Shown piece by piece: positions 1-10,046 of a stretch of 64,000 nt of DNA. The notes below the pieces were generated by a model, which did not search any database, had not been told where the DNA came from, and worked only from the letters and a program-made list of their open reading frames with translations. Location: the NCBI GenBank assembly GCA_963662625.1, contig OY759726.1:960001-1024000 (forward strand). The letters run 5' to 3'. Every line of letters begins with the position of its first letter. Position 1 is the stretch's first letter. The translations under genes and the position numbers were made by a program. This DNA is from Nitrosopumilus sp. Lineage in GTDB: Archaea > Thermoproteota > Nitrososphaeria > Nitrososphaerales > Nitrosopumilaceae.

Positions 1-2
1 AC

Positions 3-221
3 GGCCTGTTCGACGAGCTGTACATCGCGGTGTCGCCTTTCATAGTCGGAGGTGCCAGGGCGGTGCCACTGGTCGGGGGAAGGGGGTTCGGGACGGTCGC
101 GGGCTCTGCCAGGCTCTCCCTGGTCTCCGCTGCCAGGCTGGGGGACCACGTCGTCCTGCACTACAAGAGGGCGCCCCCCGCCGGTCCGCGGGCCGCGCCT
201 ACCCGTGCCGGAGCATTCTGA
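3..221 (+). CDS. RibD C-terminal-like pyrimidine reductase (5' truncated by window edge)
   Basis: Frame reads GLFDELYIAVSPFIVGG...LGDHVVLHY, typical C-terminus of the RibD/DHFR-like reductase. Confidence 0.75.
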   Translation, partial: GLFDELYIAVSPFIVGGARAVPLVGGRGFGTVAGSARLSLVSAARLGDHVVLHYKRAPPAGPRAAPTRAGAF

Positions 222-231
222 GGCCGGGCCT

Positions 232-753
232 CTAGAAGACCTGCTGCATGTCTTTTTTTATCTCGTCTATCTTCCTGGCATACGCCTTCTTTGACCGGTC
301 GTTCTTCTTCAAGTTCAGGACGTTCCCGCACGACGGGCACTTGAACATCTCCTCCAGCGCCTCCTCGAACGTGACCCTAGGGCAGTCGTCGTTCTTGCAG
401 TGGTAAAAGTCAGACGCGTTCTCGTAGTCCAGCCTCTGCTGCAGCCTCTCTGCGATCTTCTTCTTCTGGTTCTCGATAAAGTTTTCAACCTCCTCCCGCC
501 TGGTCCTCCACCTGTACACGAACCAGCCCTTCCTCTCGTCCTTGACCCTTATCCCGGTGATCAGGGACTTTCCGAACAGGTCGTACAGCACCTTTCTAAC
601 CATGTTTATCCTCAGCCCCGTGGAGCTGGCAATCTCCTCGTCCGTGGCGTCGTCCGCCTTCAGGAGGGATCTGGCCACCTTGAGGTACTCGTCCCCCCCG
701 ATCATCGCGGCGATCCTGACAAACGGATCCTCGTACTTGTCCACCAAGCGCAT
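232..753 (-). CDS. tfe: Transcription factor E (TFE alpha)
   Basis: Winged helix (TDEEIA...VRKVLYDL...GWFVYRW) plus Zn ribbon FKCPSCG. Confidence 0.93.
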   Translation of the reverse strand: MRLVDKYEDPFVRIAAMIGGDEYLKVARSLLKADDATDEEIASSTGLRINMVRKVLYDLFGKSLITGIRVKDERKGWFVYRWRTRREEVENFIENQKKKIAERLQQRLDYENASDFYHCKNDDCPRVTFEEALEEMFKCPSCGNVLNLKKNDRSKKAYARKIDEIKKDMQQVF

Positions 754-773
754 TCCCTCCCGGCCCCCCGTTA

Positions 774-1304
774 TTAATCCCTTGTCTCCCTCACCACGAC
801 GTTCTTGCCTTTTTTTACGGGCACTATCTGCCGCCTTGCCCCCGCAAACCCCCCCGCGAACTGGCCCCCGCCTTGGACGCGGTCCAGGAATATGGCCAGG
901 GCGCTGATCTCGGAGTGGGGCTGGGTCCCTATCGACACGTTAAAGTCGGCAAGCTCGTATGCCTCCCTCGGAACCTTTTCTGCCCCCACGACCACCAGCA
1001 TGTCCTTCTCCGCCCGCAGTTCCGCCTGGACGTCGTTGATCGGTTCGCCGTACATGGTAAGGTGGACTATCTTGAAGGCCCCCTTCTTTTCCCTCACCAC
1101 GCGCCTCCAGCCGTCGATGAATTCGATCTCGAAGCTGCCCCCCCAGGTTGCGTTGACCTTGCTTATCGTGTCCTTGATCTCGGGATTCACCTCGGTCATG
1201 AAGATCCTTCTGGCGCCAAAGGCCCTTGCGACCAGCGCCACGTGCGTGGTCACCCTGTCGTCCCTGACCGGCCTCTGCCCGATCCGCACCACCTCAATTG
1301 CCAT
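774..1304 (-). CDS. trm56: tRNA (cytidine56-2'-O)-methyltransferase, SPOUT family
   Basis: [54 protein letters not shown]. Confidence 0.93.
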   Translation of the reverse strand: MAIEVVRIGQRPVRDDRVTTHVALVARAFGARRIFMTEVNPEIKDTISKVNATWGGSFEIEFIDGWRRVVREKKGAFKIVHLTMYGEPINDVQAELRAEKDMLVVVGAEKVPREAYELADFNVSIGTQPHSEISALAIFLDRVQGGGQFAGGFAGARRQIVPVKKGKNVVVRETRD

Positions 1305-2409
1305 GCCCGCCCCCCGGCCCCGGCTGCCCGCCGTCCGGCCGCGGTGCCCCCTGCCCCCTGACGACGCCGGCTATCATGCCCTTCAGCCCGGAGATGTTCT
1401 GGCCAGTGGCTGCCGATACCGGCACGTGCCTTTCGTCGTTCAGCTTCAGCCCGTCTATCTTCCCCCGCATCTCCCCCGGCCCGAGGAGGTCCGCCTTGTT
1501 CAGCGCGAACACGATCCTGTCCTTCTCCACCCCGAGCTCGCCCAGCGTCCCCATGCAGCTCCTGAACTTCTTCTTCATGTCGCCCCCGGGATCGCTGGCG
1601 TCCACTACGACGACGACCACGTCCGTGTGGACCAGCTCCTCCAGCGTCGACTTGAAGGCGTCGATCATGTATGCCGGCAGCTTGCTGATGAAGCCCACAG
1701 TGTCGGAGATCAGGAACGGCTCCCGGCCGATGGCCGTCCTCCTCGTCGTGGTGGACAGGGTGGTGAACAGCTCGTCGCCCTCCGCGCGCGCCTCCCCCGT
1801 CATCCTGTTGAACAGCGTCGTCTTGCCCGCGGACGTGTACCCTGCCAGGGACGCCGTCTTGAACCCGAGCCTCTTCCTTCCTTGGCGGTGCAGCTCCCTC
1901 TGCTTGCCGGCCTTTTCCAGCTTGGCCATGACCGACTGCATCCTGTGTTTGATGTCGTTGTAGTAGACGTCGACCCCGAACTTCCCGATGCCCATGAACC
2001 CGGGCTGCTCCCCCATGCTGGCCAGGCGAACCCTTTCCTTTGCCCTTGCCATCTCGTACCGCAGCTGTGCAAGCTTTACCTGCAGTTTCGATTCCGCGCT
2101 AGACGCCCTCTTCTCGAAAATCTTGAGAATCAGGGTCTCCCTGTCAAGTATCTCCTTGCGCAGGGCGGACGCGAGGTTGTAGTTCTGCACCGGCTTCAGT
2201 ATCTCGTCATACACGATCACGTCGGGCCTGATCGCCTGGGACGTCTCCTTGAGGCCGTCAAGGGCCTCCTTGCTGATCCCGTACTTGGGCCGCTTCAGGA
2301 AGTCCTGCCTCACCGTGTGGATGATCTCGTAGCCGGCCGCATCGCACAGGCCCTCGGCCTCGTTGAGCGCGTCGTCCACGTCATACGTGATCAGAACCGC
2401 AGAATCCAC
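1294..2409 (-). CDS. hflX: GTPase HflX
   Basis: [52 protein letters not shown]. Confidence 0.93.
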   Translation of the reverse strand: MDSAVLITYDVDDALNEAEGLCDAAGYEIIHTVRQDFLKRPKYGISKEALDGLKETSQAIRPDVIVYDEILKPVQNYNLASALRKEILDRETLILKIFEKRASSAESKLQVKLAQLRYEMARAKERVRLASMGEQPGFMGIGKFGVDVYYNDIKHRMQSVMAKLEKAGKQRELHRQGRKRLGFKTASLAGYTSAGKTTLFNRMTGEARAEGDELFTTLSTTTRRTAIGREPFLISDTVGFISKLPAYMIDAFKSTLEELVHTDVVVVVVDASDPGGDMKKKFRSCMGTLGELGVEKDRIVFALNKADLLGPGEMRGKIDGLKLNDERHVPVSAATGQNISGLKGMIAGVVRGQGAPRPDGGQPGPGGGHGN

Positions 2410-2491
2410 ACCGACAGTCGCCGCCCCCGTAAGTTAAACATTCCATCCGTGCCCCCGAGCCTTTCCCCGCCGGCCCGGAGCGCGTCCGGGC

Positions 2492-3534
2492 CCGCAGGAT
2501 CCCCGCGCCCGGCCGCGACGCGGGGCGTGCCCCGGAACCGATCTCCCGACAGAGGGGCCGGCCGCGCGGGACGCCGGGTCCGGAACCGCGCCCAAAGGCG
2601 CAGCCGCGACCTGAATAATCGATAAATACCTTCCGTGCGTTATATACCGGTAGGATGGGCATAGACGTCTTTGACAACTCCCTGGTGGAGCCGATAGGAA
2701 TCAGGATGATCAGGCCGTCCCAATCCCCGGTAAGGTATGCGGATCCGGCTGACTCGGCCGAACTGGCCAACCTTAAATCGAGCATAAAGGAGCACGGCCT
2801 GCTCCAACCCATAGTGGTGCGCCCCCTGGAGCACGGGTTTGAGATCGTCGCGGGCCACAGGCGGTTTGCGGCCTGCAAATCCCTCCGGTGGAGGTTCATC
2901 CCATGCAAGATATGCGAGTTCTCAGACAAGCAGGCCTATGAAATCCAGCTCACTGAAAACCTGCAGCGAAAGACGATGGATCCGATAGAGGAGGCGGAGG
3001 CCTACCAAAAATACGTCGTCGACTTTGGCTGGGGAGGGGTAAGCGAACTGGGAAGGAAGATCGGCAAGAGCGAGGAGTACGTCTCGCACAGGATGCAGCT
3101 CCTAAAGCTTCCCGAGGACGTCCGCGTGAAGGTCGCCGGCAACGCCATCGGCATAAGCCAGGCCTTGGAGATCACAACCGCCGATCCCTCGATCAAGGAG
3201 GAACTGGCAAACGACATCGCGTGCAACAAACTGACAGTCAGGCAAATCAGGCAGATAAAACACAGGCTGGCCAAATCCCGGAAAAATGACTTTGACGCGT
3301 ACGCAAAGTCCAAGGGGGATCAGGTCATCCGAAAAAGCAGCCTGGCCCTGAGGATCGCGCTGTCCAGGATCGACGACCTGGTGGAGGACGCGCACCGGGC
3401 AAACGCAAAGGAGCGAACCGAGCTGGTCCAGTTTCTGCTGGGACTCCGCAGGAGGGTCCATTCCATGATCGACGACACGCTCAAGTACAAAAAAGAGCGG
3501 TCAAAAAACCGGTAGGCGCGCGGGGATCCTGCGG
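2492..3534. repeat. 17-bp perfect inverted repeat flanking the ParB-like gene (2492-2508 and 3518-3534)
   Basis: CCGCAGGATCCCCGCGC and its reverse complement GCGCGGGGATCCTGCGG. Confidence 0.7.
2655..3515 (+). CDS. ParB/Spo0J family protein
   Basis: SIKEHGLLQPIVVR, EIVAGHRRFAA, ENLQR, HTH segment ELGRKIGKSEEYVSH. Confidence 0.9.
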   Translation: MGIDVFDNSLVEPIGIRMIRPSQSPVRYADPADSAELANLKSSIKEHGLLQPIVVRPLEHGFEIVAGHRRFAACKSLRWRFIPCKICEFSDKQAYEIQLTENLQRKTMDPIEEAEAYQKYVVDFGWGGVSELGRKIGKSEEYVSHRMQLLKLPEDVRVKVAGNAIGISQALEITTADPSIKEELANDIACNKLTVRQIRQIKHRLAKSRKNDFDAYAKSKGDQVIRKSSLALRIALSRIDDLVEDAHRANAKERTELVQFLLGLRRRVHSMIDDTLKYKKERSKNR

Positions 3535-3547
3535 CCTGGCGCCCGGC

Positions 3548-4087
3548 TCACTTTCCGATAAACGGGGGAAACCATTCCTTGAGGAACCTCTCGTATTCGA
3601 ATTTGGTGTACGTCAGGGCATAAAGCGAGGCGTTGGTCTGCGGGATGAAATCATACACCTCGTATGTCTGCAATATGTCCCCGAACAGGTTCCTGTAGAT
3701 GTCGTTTTCCTCGTCTGCCATCTCCGACGTCAAAAAAGATTTTATCGTAATCCAGTCGTACCCGCCCCTAGTCTTGCCTGAAAAGACAACGAACGGGGCG
3801 TCCTTGAGGTACTTCTTCAGGCCCTCGAGCCTCTTCGGCAGGGCCTGGGACGTCCTGAACGTCACCAGATCCACCCGGATGACCCTCCCCGGCAGTTTCC
3901 TCGAATCCACCGTAATGGTATAGTTTTTGATGACCCCCTCGTCCTCCAGCATCTGCGTCCTTGCCTCGATCTCCTCCTCCGAGATGTTGTAGCCCGAACC
4001 CCTCAAAAAGTCCCAAATCTCGAACGCCCCCTGCTTGGAGTTCTGGCTGAGGGCCGCGATGATCAGCTCGTCTATCTTGTCTACCAT
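3548..4087 (-). CDS. Lrp/AsnC-like transcriptional regulator
   Basis: DKIDELIIAALSQNSK...LEDEGVIKNYTI N-terminus and RAM-like C-terminal domain; divergent from the urea transporter. Confidence 0.7.
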   Translation of the reverse strand: MVDKIDELIIAALSQNSKQGAFEIWDFLRGSGYNISEEEIEARTQMLEDEGVIKNYTITVDSRKLPGRVIRVDLVTFRTSQALPKRLEGLKKYLKDAPFVVFSGKTRGGYDWITIKSFLTSEMADEENDIYRNLFGDILQTYEVYDFIPQTNASLYALTYTKFEYERFLKEWFPPFIGK

Positions 4088-4200
4088 TTACCCACATTCG
4101 TCCTTCCCATATTTAACAGATTTACCGGGGTGCGCGGGGCCGCGCGCCGCGGGACGGAGCCATTGTTTTAATACCGCAAGCGCCCACCTTTTACCTTACG

Positions 4201-6504
4201 ATGTCTGCAATCCTGTCCGAGAACCTGGGGTACCTCGTACTCATCGGCGTCGGCCTGATAATGTCAATCGCCGTGACCCTCATGGTAAAGGTCGAAACGA
4301 AGTGGCTCGGCACCCGAAAGACCTCGGAGTGGTTCTACACCGCGGGAAGGACGATCAAGACGGGGCTGATCGCGTCGTCCATAGTCTCCGCATGGACGTG
4401 GGCGGCCACGCTGCTGCAGTCGTCCACGGTGACCTTCGAGTTTGGCATAGCCGGGGCCTTCTGGTACGCCGCGGGCGCGAGCATCCAGGTAATCCTGTTC
4501 TCGATACTTGCAATAGAGCTCAAGCGCAAGGCGCCCATGACGCACACGTTTCCGGAGATGCTCTACGTCCGCTACGGGAGGCACTCCCACAAGGTGTTCC
4601 TGTTCTTCGCGCTGATGACGAACACCATAGTCACCGCAATGCTCGTGCTGGGCGGCGCGGCCGTAGTCAACTCGCTCACGGGCGTCAACATAACGCTCGC
4701 GGCGTTTTTGCTCCCCATCGGGATCATCATATACACGATTTTCGGCGGGCTGAAGGCGACCTTCTTTGCAGAATACCTCAACGCCGGGTTCATCTTCGTG
4801 GTGGTCCTAATCTTCGTGACCGTGATCTATTTCGCCAGCCCCAACATCGGGGGGTTCTCCGGGATGTATGACAAACTCAGCGACGCCTCCGTGCTGCAGC
4901 CTGTCGAGGGCAACGTCATGGGGAGCTTTCTGACCCTCGCGTCCATAGGGGCGCTGATCTTCGGCATAATCAACATAGTGGGAAACTTTGGGACCGTGTT
5001 CGTGGACCAGTCGTACTGGCAGAGGGCCATCGCCGCAAGGCCGAAGGCGGCCACGGGCGGGTTCATCATAGGCGGCCTCGCGTGGTTCGCAATCCCGTTT
5101 ACCCTGGCGACCACGCTGGGCCTGGCCGCCGTGGCAACGGGCGTGACGCTGACCCAGGACGAGATCGGCCAAGGGCTGGTGGCGCCCACCGCAGCGGTGG
5201 ACCTGATGGGGGACCTGGGGGCAATACTGATCCTCGCCATAATCTTTACCGCGGTCACCGCCGCGGGTTCCTCCCAGCTCGTCAGCGTGTCGTCGCTGAT
5301 AACCTACGACGTCTTCCGGACATACCTCAAGCCGTCGGCCACGGGGAGGGAGCTTATCCGGATTTCCAGGTTTACCATACTGACCTTTGGCATAGGGATG
5401 GGGATTCTGGCATCCATACTGTTCCAGTTCGGCGTCAGCCTGCAGTACGTCTACCTGATGATGGGGATACTCATCGGCTCGGCCGTAGCCCCTATATCCC
5501 TTGGGATCCTGTGGAAGAAGACAAACCGGTACGCCGCCACGACCGCCGCAATAGCCGGGCTGGCGTGCGGAGTCCTGGCGTGGATCGTCTCGGCAAGCCT
5601 GATGTTTGGCGAAATCTCGATCGAGTCTACCGGCAACATCATCGCCCTCCTGACCGGGAACACAGTATCGATCGCCGTCAGCCTGACAATCACCGTAGTC
5701 GGGAGCATGCTCATTCCGGAGAAGTTTGACTTCCGCGCGCTCAGGCAGAAGATCCTCCTGGTCGACGACAAGGTACGCTCCATGATAAAGCACGACACCG
5801 ACGAAAAACTGCTCCAGAAGGCATCGACGCTTTGCAAGAGGGTGGGCTTCGGGATCGCGGCATTCCTCGTGATCGTCTGGCCGGTGACGTTCTACGCAAC
5901 CGAATACGTCTTCACCGTGGAGTCGTTCACCGCCTGGATCGTCCTGGCGCTGGTCTGGGCGTTCGGCGCCGCCGCCGTGGTTCTGCTTTTGCCCGTAATA
6001 GAGGCCAGGCACAGCATAATGGAAATCCTCACGCGTGCAAGGTCAACCCGCCCGTTTGAGGACAACCTGGACGCGGACGACTCGTCTGACGCGACCGTGA
6101 TGAAGATCCTCGTGCCGGTCGACGGCTCGGTAAAGTCCCTCAAGGCCCTCAACAACGCGAATTACCTGTTCAGGGGATCTGCGAAAGTGAAGATTTACCT
6201 GCTGCACGTGATCGAGTGGCCCGACGAGGACGACGAGAACATGGACGAGGAACTCAGCTCCCAGATGCATGAGGAGGGCAGGATGATGCTGCGCAGCGTT
6301 GTGGTGCCGCAGCAGGTCGGCGACTACAAACGGATAGTAAAGCTCGGGGATCCCCCGGCCAAGATCGTGGAGGTGGCAGACAAGCTCGGCGTCGACCTCA
6401 TCGCCATGGGGCAGAAGGGGCTGGGCAGGTCGGAGGACGACCTCGGCCACGTCACGCGGAGGGTCCTGAAGATCACGCACAAACCCGTGATCCTGCTGAA
6501 CTGA
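4201..6504 (+). CDS. Dur3-type urea:sodium symporter (SSS family) fused to a C-terminal universal stress protein domain
   Basis: SAWTWAATLLQSS, GNFGTVFVDQSYWQRAIAA; C-terminus KILVPVDGS...GDP...DLIAMGQKG...LGHVTRRVLKITHKPVILL. Confidence 0.9.
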   Translation: MSAILSENLGYLVLIGVGLIMSIAVTLMVKVETKWLGTRKTSEWFYTAGRTIKTGLIASSIVSAWTWAATLLQSSTVTFEFGIAGAFWYAAGASIQVILFSILAIELKRKAPMTHTFPEMLYVRYGRHSHKVFLFFALMTNTIVTAMLVLGGAAVVNSLTGVNITLAAFLLPIGIIIYTIFGGLKATFFAEYLNAGFIFVVVLIFVTVIYFASPNIGGFSGMYDKLSDASVLQPVEGNVMGSFLTLASIGALIFGIINIVGNFGTVFVDQSYWQRAIAARPKAATGGFIIGGLAWFAIPFTLATTLGLAAVATGVTLTQDEIGQGLVAPTAAVDLMGDLGAILILAIIFTAVTAAGSSQLVSVSSLITYDVFRTYLKPSATGRELIRISRFTILTFGIGMGILASILFQFGVSLQYVYLMMGILIGSAVAPISLGILWKKTNRYAATTAAIAGLACGVLAWIVSASLMFGEISIESTGNIIALLTGNTVSIAVSLTITVVGSMLIPEKFDFRALRQKILLVDDKVRSMIKHDTDEKLLQKASTLCKRVGFGIAAFLVIVWPVTFYATEYVFTVESFTAWIVLALVWAFGAAAVVLLLPVIEARHSIMEILTRARSTRPFEDNLDADDSSDATVMKILVPVDGSVKSLKALNNANYLFRGSAKVKIYLLHVIEWPDEDDENMDEELSSQMHEEGRMMLRSVVVPQQVGDYKRIVKLGDPPAKIVEVADKLGVDLIAMGQKGLGRSEDDLGHVTRRVLKITHKPVILLN

Positions 6505-6528
6505 AGCGGCGCGGGCCCCGCCCCCGGG

Positions 6529-7452
6529 CTAGCTCTTCCTGATTCCAGAAAACGGGGCCCCGATGCAAGCCTGCCTCACGTGCCCGACAACCCCGAGGAC
6601 CGCGTCCTTCACGTCTTCCGTCCGGCTTCCGAGGATCCTGACCAGCAGCCCGTTGCCGTCCCTCATGACGCTTGCCCCGCCGGAGACCCCGCCTCCCGAA
6701 ACCACGCCCCTGATCCTGCCGTGCAGATCCCGGACGTTCTTCCCTTCGGTCAGGATGTAGACGGATCCGGCCACGGAACTGTCCCCTAGAACTCCGAACG
6801 ACGCCAGTCTCTGTTTCTTCGGCTCCAGGTTCGCGGCGTCGGTAAACCTCAGGATTTTCTCCTGGTTGGTGGCCCTGGTCTTGACGTAGCACGCGTCGTA
6901 CTCGAACGCCTCCCCCATGGCCACCCTGCCCGGCGTGATGATCTCCGAATAAACCATGGTGGCCGAGTCATGCACGCTGAGGTTCGTCTCCTGGTAGAAC
7001 CTAGATCCCCCGTAAGGAATGATCTGGTCCGGGACGAATTCCAGGTACGCCCCCTCCTCCAGCGTCACGTTGACCGCCTGCACCGCGCTGTTGGAGTCCA
7101 TGCCGTAGATCCTGGTGGCCCCCTGCGTCGTGACATGCGCCATCGAGCCCCTCTTCATCGTGATGTCGATCCTGTACCTGTCCCCCTGCAAGATTCCCCC
7201 CGACGCGGAGACGATGTAGAGGTGGGCCATGCCAGGACAGCGCTCGTCGCAGTACAGCGCCCTCTGCGCATGCAGCGGCACCTCCGAAAACTGCTCCCCT
7301 ATGAAGGTCTTCCCGCCCCCGTCTCTCTGAAAAACCAGCCGGAGCGCGCCCTTCTTCCCGGCCTTTCCCACGGCAAGCTGCCTCACGTCAGAGTCAAAGG
7401 CCCTGATGCCCTCTGGAATGCGGGCGGACGCGGAAAAATCCCCGCCGGTCAT
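6529..7452 (-). CDS. ureD: Urease accessory protein UreD
   Basis: SGGILQGDRY, TTQGATRIY, LEFVPDQIIPY, TPGRVAMGEAF. Confidence 0.92.
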   Translation of the reverse strand: MTGGDFSASARIPEGIRAFDSDVRQLAVGKAGKKGALRLVFQRDGGGKTFIGEQFSEVPLHAQRALYCDERCPGMAHLYIVSASGGILQGDRYRIDITMKRGSMAHVTTQGATRIYGMDSNSAVQAVNVTLEEGAYLEFVPDQIIPYGGSRFYQETNLSVHDSATMVYSEIITPGRVAMGEAFEYDACYVKTRATNQEKILRFTDAANLEPKKQRLASFGVLGDSSVAGSVYILTEGKNVRDLHGRIRGVVSGGGVSGGASVMRDGNGLLVRILGSRTEDVKDAVLGVVGHVRQACIGAPFSGIRKS

Positions 7453-8108
7453 GTCTTTGCGCCTGGCAAGGCCGCCTTGGGCGGCGCGTCAAACAGCACG
7501 TCACGGATGATGTGCCGCGCCACCTCGTCGATTCCCTCGCCGGTCATGCAATTTATGAACAGGAACGGCCTGTCCTTCCTCAGCCGCACGGCGTCGTTTT
7601 TCATGACTTCCAGGTCCGCCCCCACGAGCGGGGCCAGGTCGATCTTGTTTATGACCAGGAGGTCGCAGCTTTCGATGCCCAGCCCGCCCTTCCTTGGGTA
7701 CTTGTCCCCGCCCGCGACGTCGATGATGTACACGAAATAGTCGGCAAGGAGCGGGCTGAACGTGGTCGTGATGTTGTCCCCGCCGCTCTCTATGACTATG
7801 AGGTCCAGCTCGGGGTGCCCCCCCTCCATCTCCTCTATCACGGCCATGTTCATCGACGGATCCTCCCTTATGGCGGTATGGGGGCAGCCGCCCGTGGCGA
7901 GGCCCACCACCAGATCCTCGGGCAGCAGCCCGCGGTCCGTGGCCAGGTTCTGCCTCATCCTGTCCGCGTCCTCCTTGGAGATCACGTCGTTTGATATGAT
8001 GCTGACGGCGTACCTTTTTTTTGCGAGGGCCGGGACCACCCGCTCTATCAGCATGCTCTTACCCGATCCCACCGGACCGCCAATGCCCACCCTTGGAATC
8101 CTGGCCAT
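7449..8108 (-). CDS. ureG: Urease accessory GTPase UreG
   Basis: ATG 8108 MARIPRVGIGGPVGSGKS, TGGCPHTAIRED, ESGGDN, INKIDL; the longer ORF start in the track overlaps ureF. Confidence 0.95.
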   Translation of the reverse strand: MARIPRVGIGGPVGSGKSMLIERVVPALAKKRYAVSIISNDVISKEDADRMRQNLATDRGLLPEDLVVGLATGGCPHTAIREDPSMNMAVIEEMEGGHPELDLIVIESGGDNITTTFSPLLADYFVYIIDVAGGDKYPRKGGLGIESCDLLVINKIDLAPLVGADLEVMKNDAVRLRKDRPFLFINCMTGEGIDEVARHIIRDVLFDAPPKAALPGAKT

Positions 8109-8113
8109 CCCTC

Positions 8114-8815
8114 TCACGTAATGAACATCTTGGAGTCCATCTCCTCGTGCTGCATCTGGCTGATCTCTATCTGCGGCGAAAACTGCCACATGTCCTCGAC
8201 CGACTTCGCGGCGCTTTCCCTGGCAATCCTCAGCATAAGCGGCTTCAGGCCGTGAATCACCCCCTGGCCCTCGAAATGCTGGATCATCCCAAGGCGCAGC
8301 GCCGCGCCCACGGTGCTCACGACAAAGCCGTACATCAGCATGAGCAGGGATCTCTCCCCGGTGATCCCCAGCGCGTTGCAGCACGCTGCGAGAGACACCG
8401 GGTAGACTCCCGTGACGCCCCCCTCCTGCATCTCGCCGTAGTACCAGTTCAGGACCCTGTCCCCCCCGTGAAACTCCCTGACGCACCTTGCCATCTGGAT
8501 TCCTGACCTGGAGGACGCATCCCTGGCCTCCCTGACCGCCCTGGTGGAGCTGCACGCCGCATCTACCTCCCTGATCTTCTCCAAGTCCCCCGACACGCAG
8601 TGCGCGTGCGCGTTTGCCAGCGCCACGCAGTCGCAGGGGCCGAGCTGTTGCTCCAGGCAAACCCTGTTGAACTCGGCCAGTTCGGGCGCCGTGGTGACCT
8701 TCCCGTCCATGAACAGGCTCTCCAGGCCGCTGGACGTCGCAAACAGCCCGGTCGGAAAAAACGAGTCGGACAGCTGCATCATGTCCAGTTCCCACCCGGG
8801 GCTACCCGTGCCCAT
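8114..8815 (-). CDS. ureF: Urease accessory protein UreF
   Basis: QLSDSFFPTGLFATSSGLE, AALRLG, QMQHEEMDSKMFIT; start placed at ATG 8815. Confidence 0.92.
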   Translation of the reverse strand: MGTGSPGWELDMMQLSDSFFPTGLFATSSGLESLFMDGKVTTAPELAEFNRVCLEQQLGPCDCVALANAHAHCVSGDLEKIREVDAACSSTRAVREARDASSRSGIQMARCVREFHGGDRVLNWYYGEMQEGGVTGVYPVSLAACCNALGITGERSLLMLMYGFVVSTVGAALRLGMIQHFEGQGVIHGLKPLMLRIARESAAKSVEDMWQFSPQIEISQMQHEEMDSKMFIT

Positions 8816-9287
8816 GCACATCCGCTCCCGCATGCGGGGTGAAAACCACCTCCTCCGTGGACAGCTCCACGTGGCCGGCAATCTCTGAGAACAGCCTGCC
8901 AAAAACCTCCAGCTCGGTTCTCGCCTGGATCGGAAAGGACACCACGTCGCCCCTTGCCGAAAACGGCCTGTGCCTGTTCCCGATGACGTGCCCGACCAGC
9001 ACCATGTGGGACGCCTCGCTGGTCTTCAGTCTGACCGAAATGACCTTCTCCGGGAGCTGCTCTACCACTATGGTCCTCCCGCCGCCCGACAGCACGTCGC
9101 CGTGGCGCAGGGACTGGCCCGCCTCCAGGGCGAGGGCCACGTCGGTCCCCCTGTCGGTCCGCCGCCGCATCCTCTTCTTCCCAAGATCCGACCTGGGCAC
9201 CCGGAGCCGCTCGTAGTCCCCCTCCTCGGGGGGAGCGTACCCCTTGTCATGGAAAACGTTTCCGGAAATCGACGTGACTGTCAGCAC
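8802..9287 (-). CDS. ureE: Urease accessory nickel chaperone UreE
   Basis: [30 protein letters not shown], short His tail [10 protein letters not shown]; GTG start at 9287 inferred. Confidence 0.9.
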   Translation of the reverse strand: MLTVTSISGNVFHDKGYAPPEEGDYERLRVPRSDLGKKRMRRRTDRGTDVALALEAGQSLRHGDVLSGGGRTIVVEQLPEKVISVRLKTSEASHMVLVGHVIGNRHRPFSARGDVVSFPIQARTELEVFGRLFSEIAGHVELSTEEVVFTPHAGADVHGHG

Positions 9288-9369
9288 GGTAACCGGTGCA
9301 CCGATCTGGGTTATATCTTGTTGGTCTTTCCCTTTAATTATTAAATACGTCGCCTGGGTAACAGATCCA
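9288..9369. promoter_or_regulatory. Divergent promoter region between ureEFGD and ureABC
   Basis: AT-rich TATA-like boxes on both strands (TTATATC near 9311; TTTAATTATTAAATA near 9333-9347). Confidence 0.55.
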
Positions 9370-9672
9370 ATGATGCTTACCCCGCGGGAGATGGACAAGC
9401 TGCACATTTTTCTGGCCGCGCAGCTTGCCCGGCGGAGGATGGGCCGGGGGCTGAAGCTGAACCACCCGGAGGCGGTGGCGATAATCGCGGACTACATTCT
9501 GGAGGGCGCGCGGGACGGAAGGTCGGTGCCCGACCTCATGAGCTCGGGAAAGCGGGTCCTGACAAAGGACGACGTGCTGCCCGAGGTGCCGGAACTGATC
9601 CACTCGATACAGGTAGAGGCCACGTTCGACGATGGGACGAAGCTCGTGACCGTGCACGACCCCATAGTGTGA
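9370..9672 (+). CDS. ureA: Urease gamma subunit
   Basis: [40 protein letters not shown]. Confidence 0.96.
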   Translation: MMLTPREMDKLHIFLAAQLARRRMGRGLKLNHPEAVAIIADYILEGARDGRSVPDLMSSGKRVLTKDDVLPEVPELIHSIQVEATFDDGTKLVTVHDPIV

Positions 9673-9677
9673 GGCGC

Positions 9678-10046
9678 ATGAAGCCGGGCGAATACATGAT
9701 ATCCGAAGGCGAGATCATCGCCCACCGGGGCAAGGCGACGGTCTCGCTGCAGGTGACCAACACGGGCGACAGGCCGGTGCAGGTCGGATCCCACACGCAT
9801 TTCTTCGAGGTGAACAAGGCGCTTTCCTTCCAGAGGGAGAGGGCATACGGGTACCACCTCAACATCCCGGCAGGCACCTCGGTGAGGTTCGAGCCTGGAG
9901 ATTCCCGGGGAGTGGAGCTGACAGAATACGGCGGGCGGAGGGCCGTCTTTGGCTTCAGCGGCCTGGTCAACGGGAGCCTGGACGAGAAAAGGGGCGACGC
10001 GATCTGCAAGGCCAGGGAGAGGGGATTCAAGGGGGTCTCTGAGTGA
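9678..10046 (+). CDS. ureB: Urease beta subunit
   Basis: [38 protein letters not shown]. Confidence 0.96.
   Translation: MKPGEYMISEGEIIAHRGKATVSLQVTNTGDRPVQVGSHTHFFEVNKALSFQRERAYGYHLNIPAGTSVRFEPGDSRGVELTEYGGRRAVFGFSGLVNGSLDEKRGDAICKARERGFKGVSE

Noticed and set aside
805-2625. Long antisense ORFs (e.g. 805-2625, 9536-11632, 31773-33635, 54647-55840, 61206-62648)
   Set aside because: Shadow frames opposite well-supported genes, expected in GC-rich DNA; no recognisable motifs.
7449-8795. 448-aa ORF suggesting an N-terminally extended UreG
   Set aside because: The extension overlaps ureF in another frame; UreG homology starts at ATG 8108.
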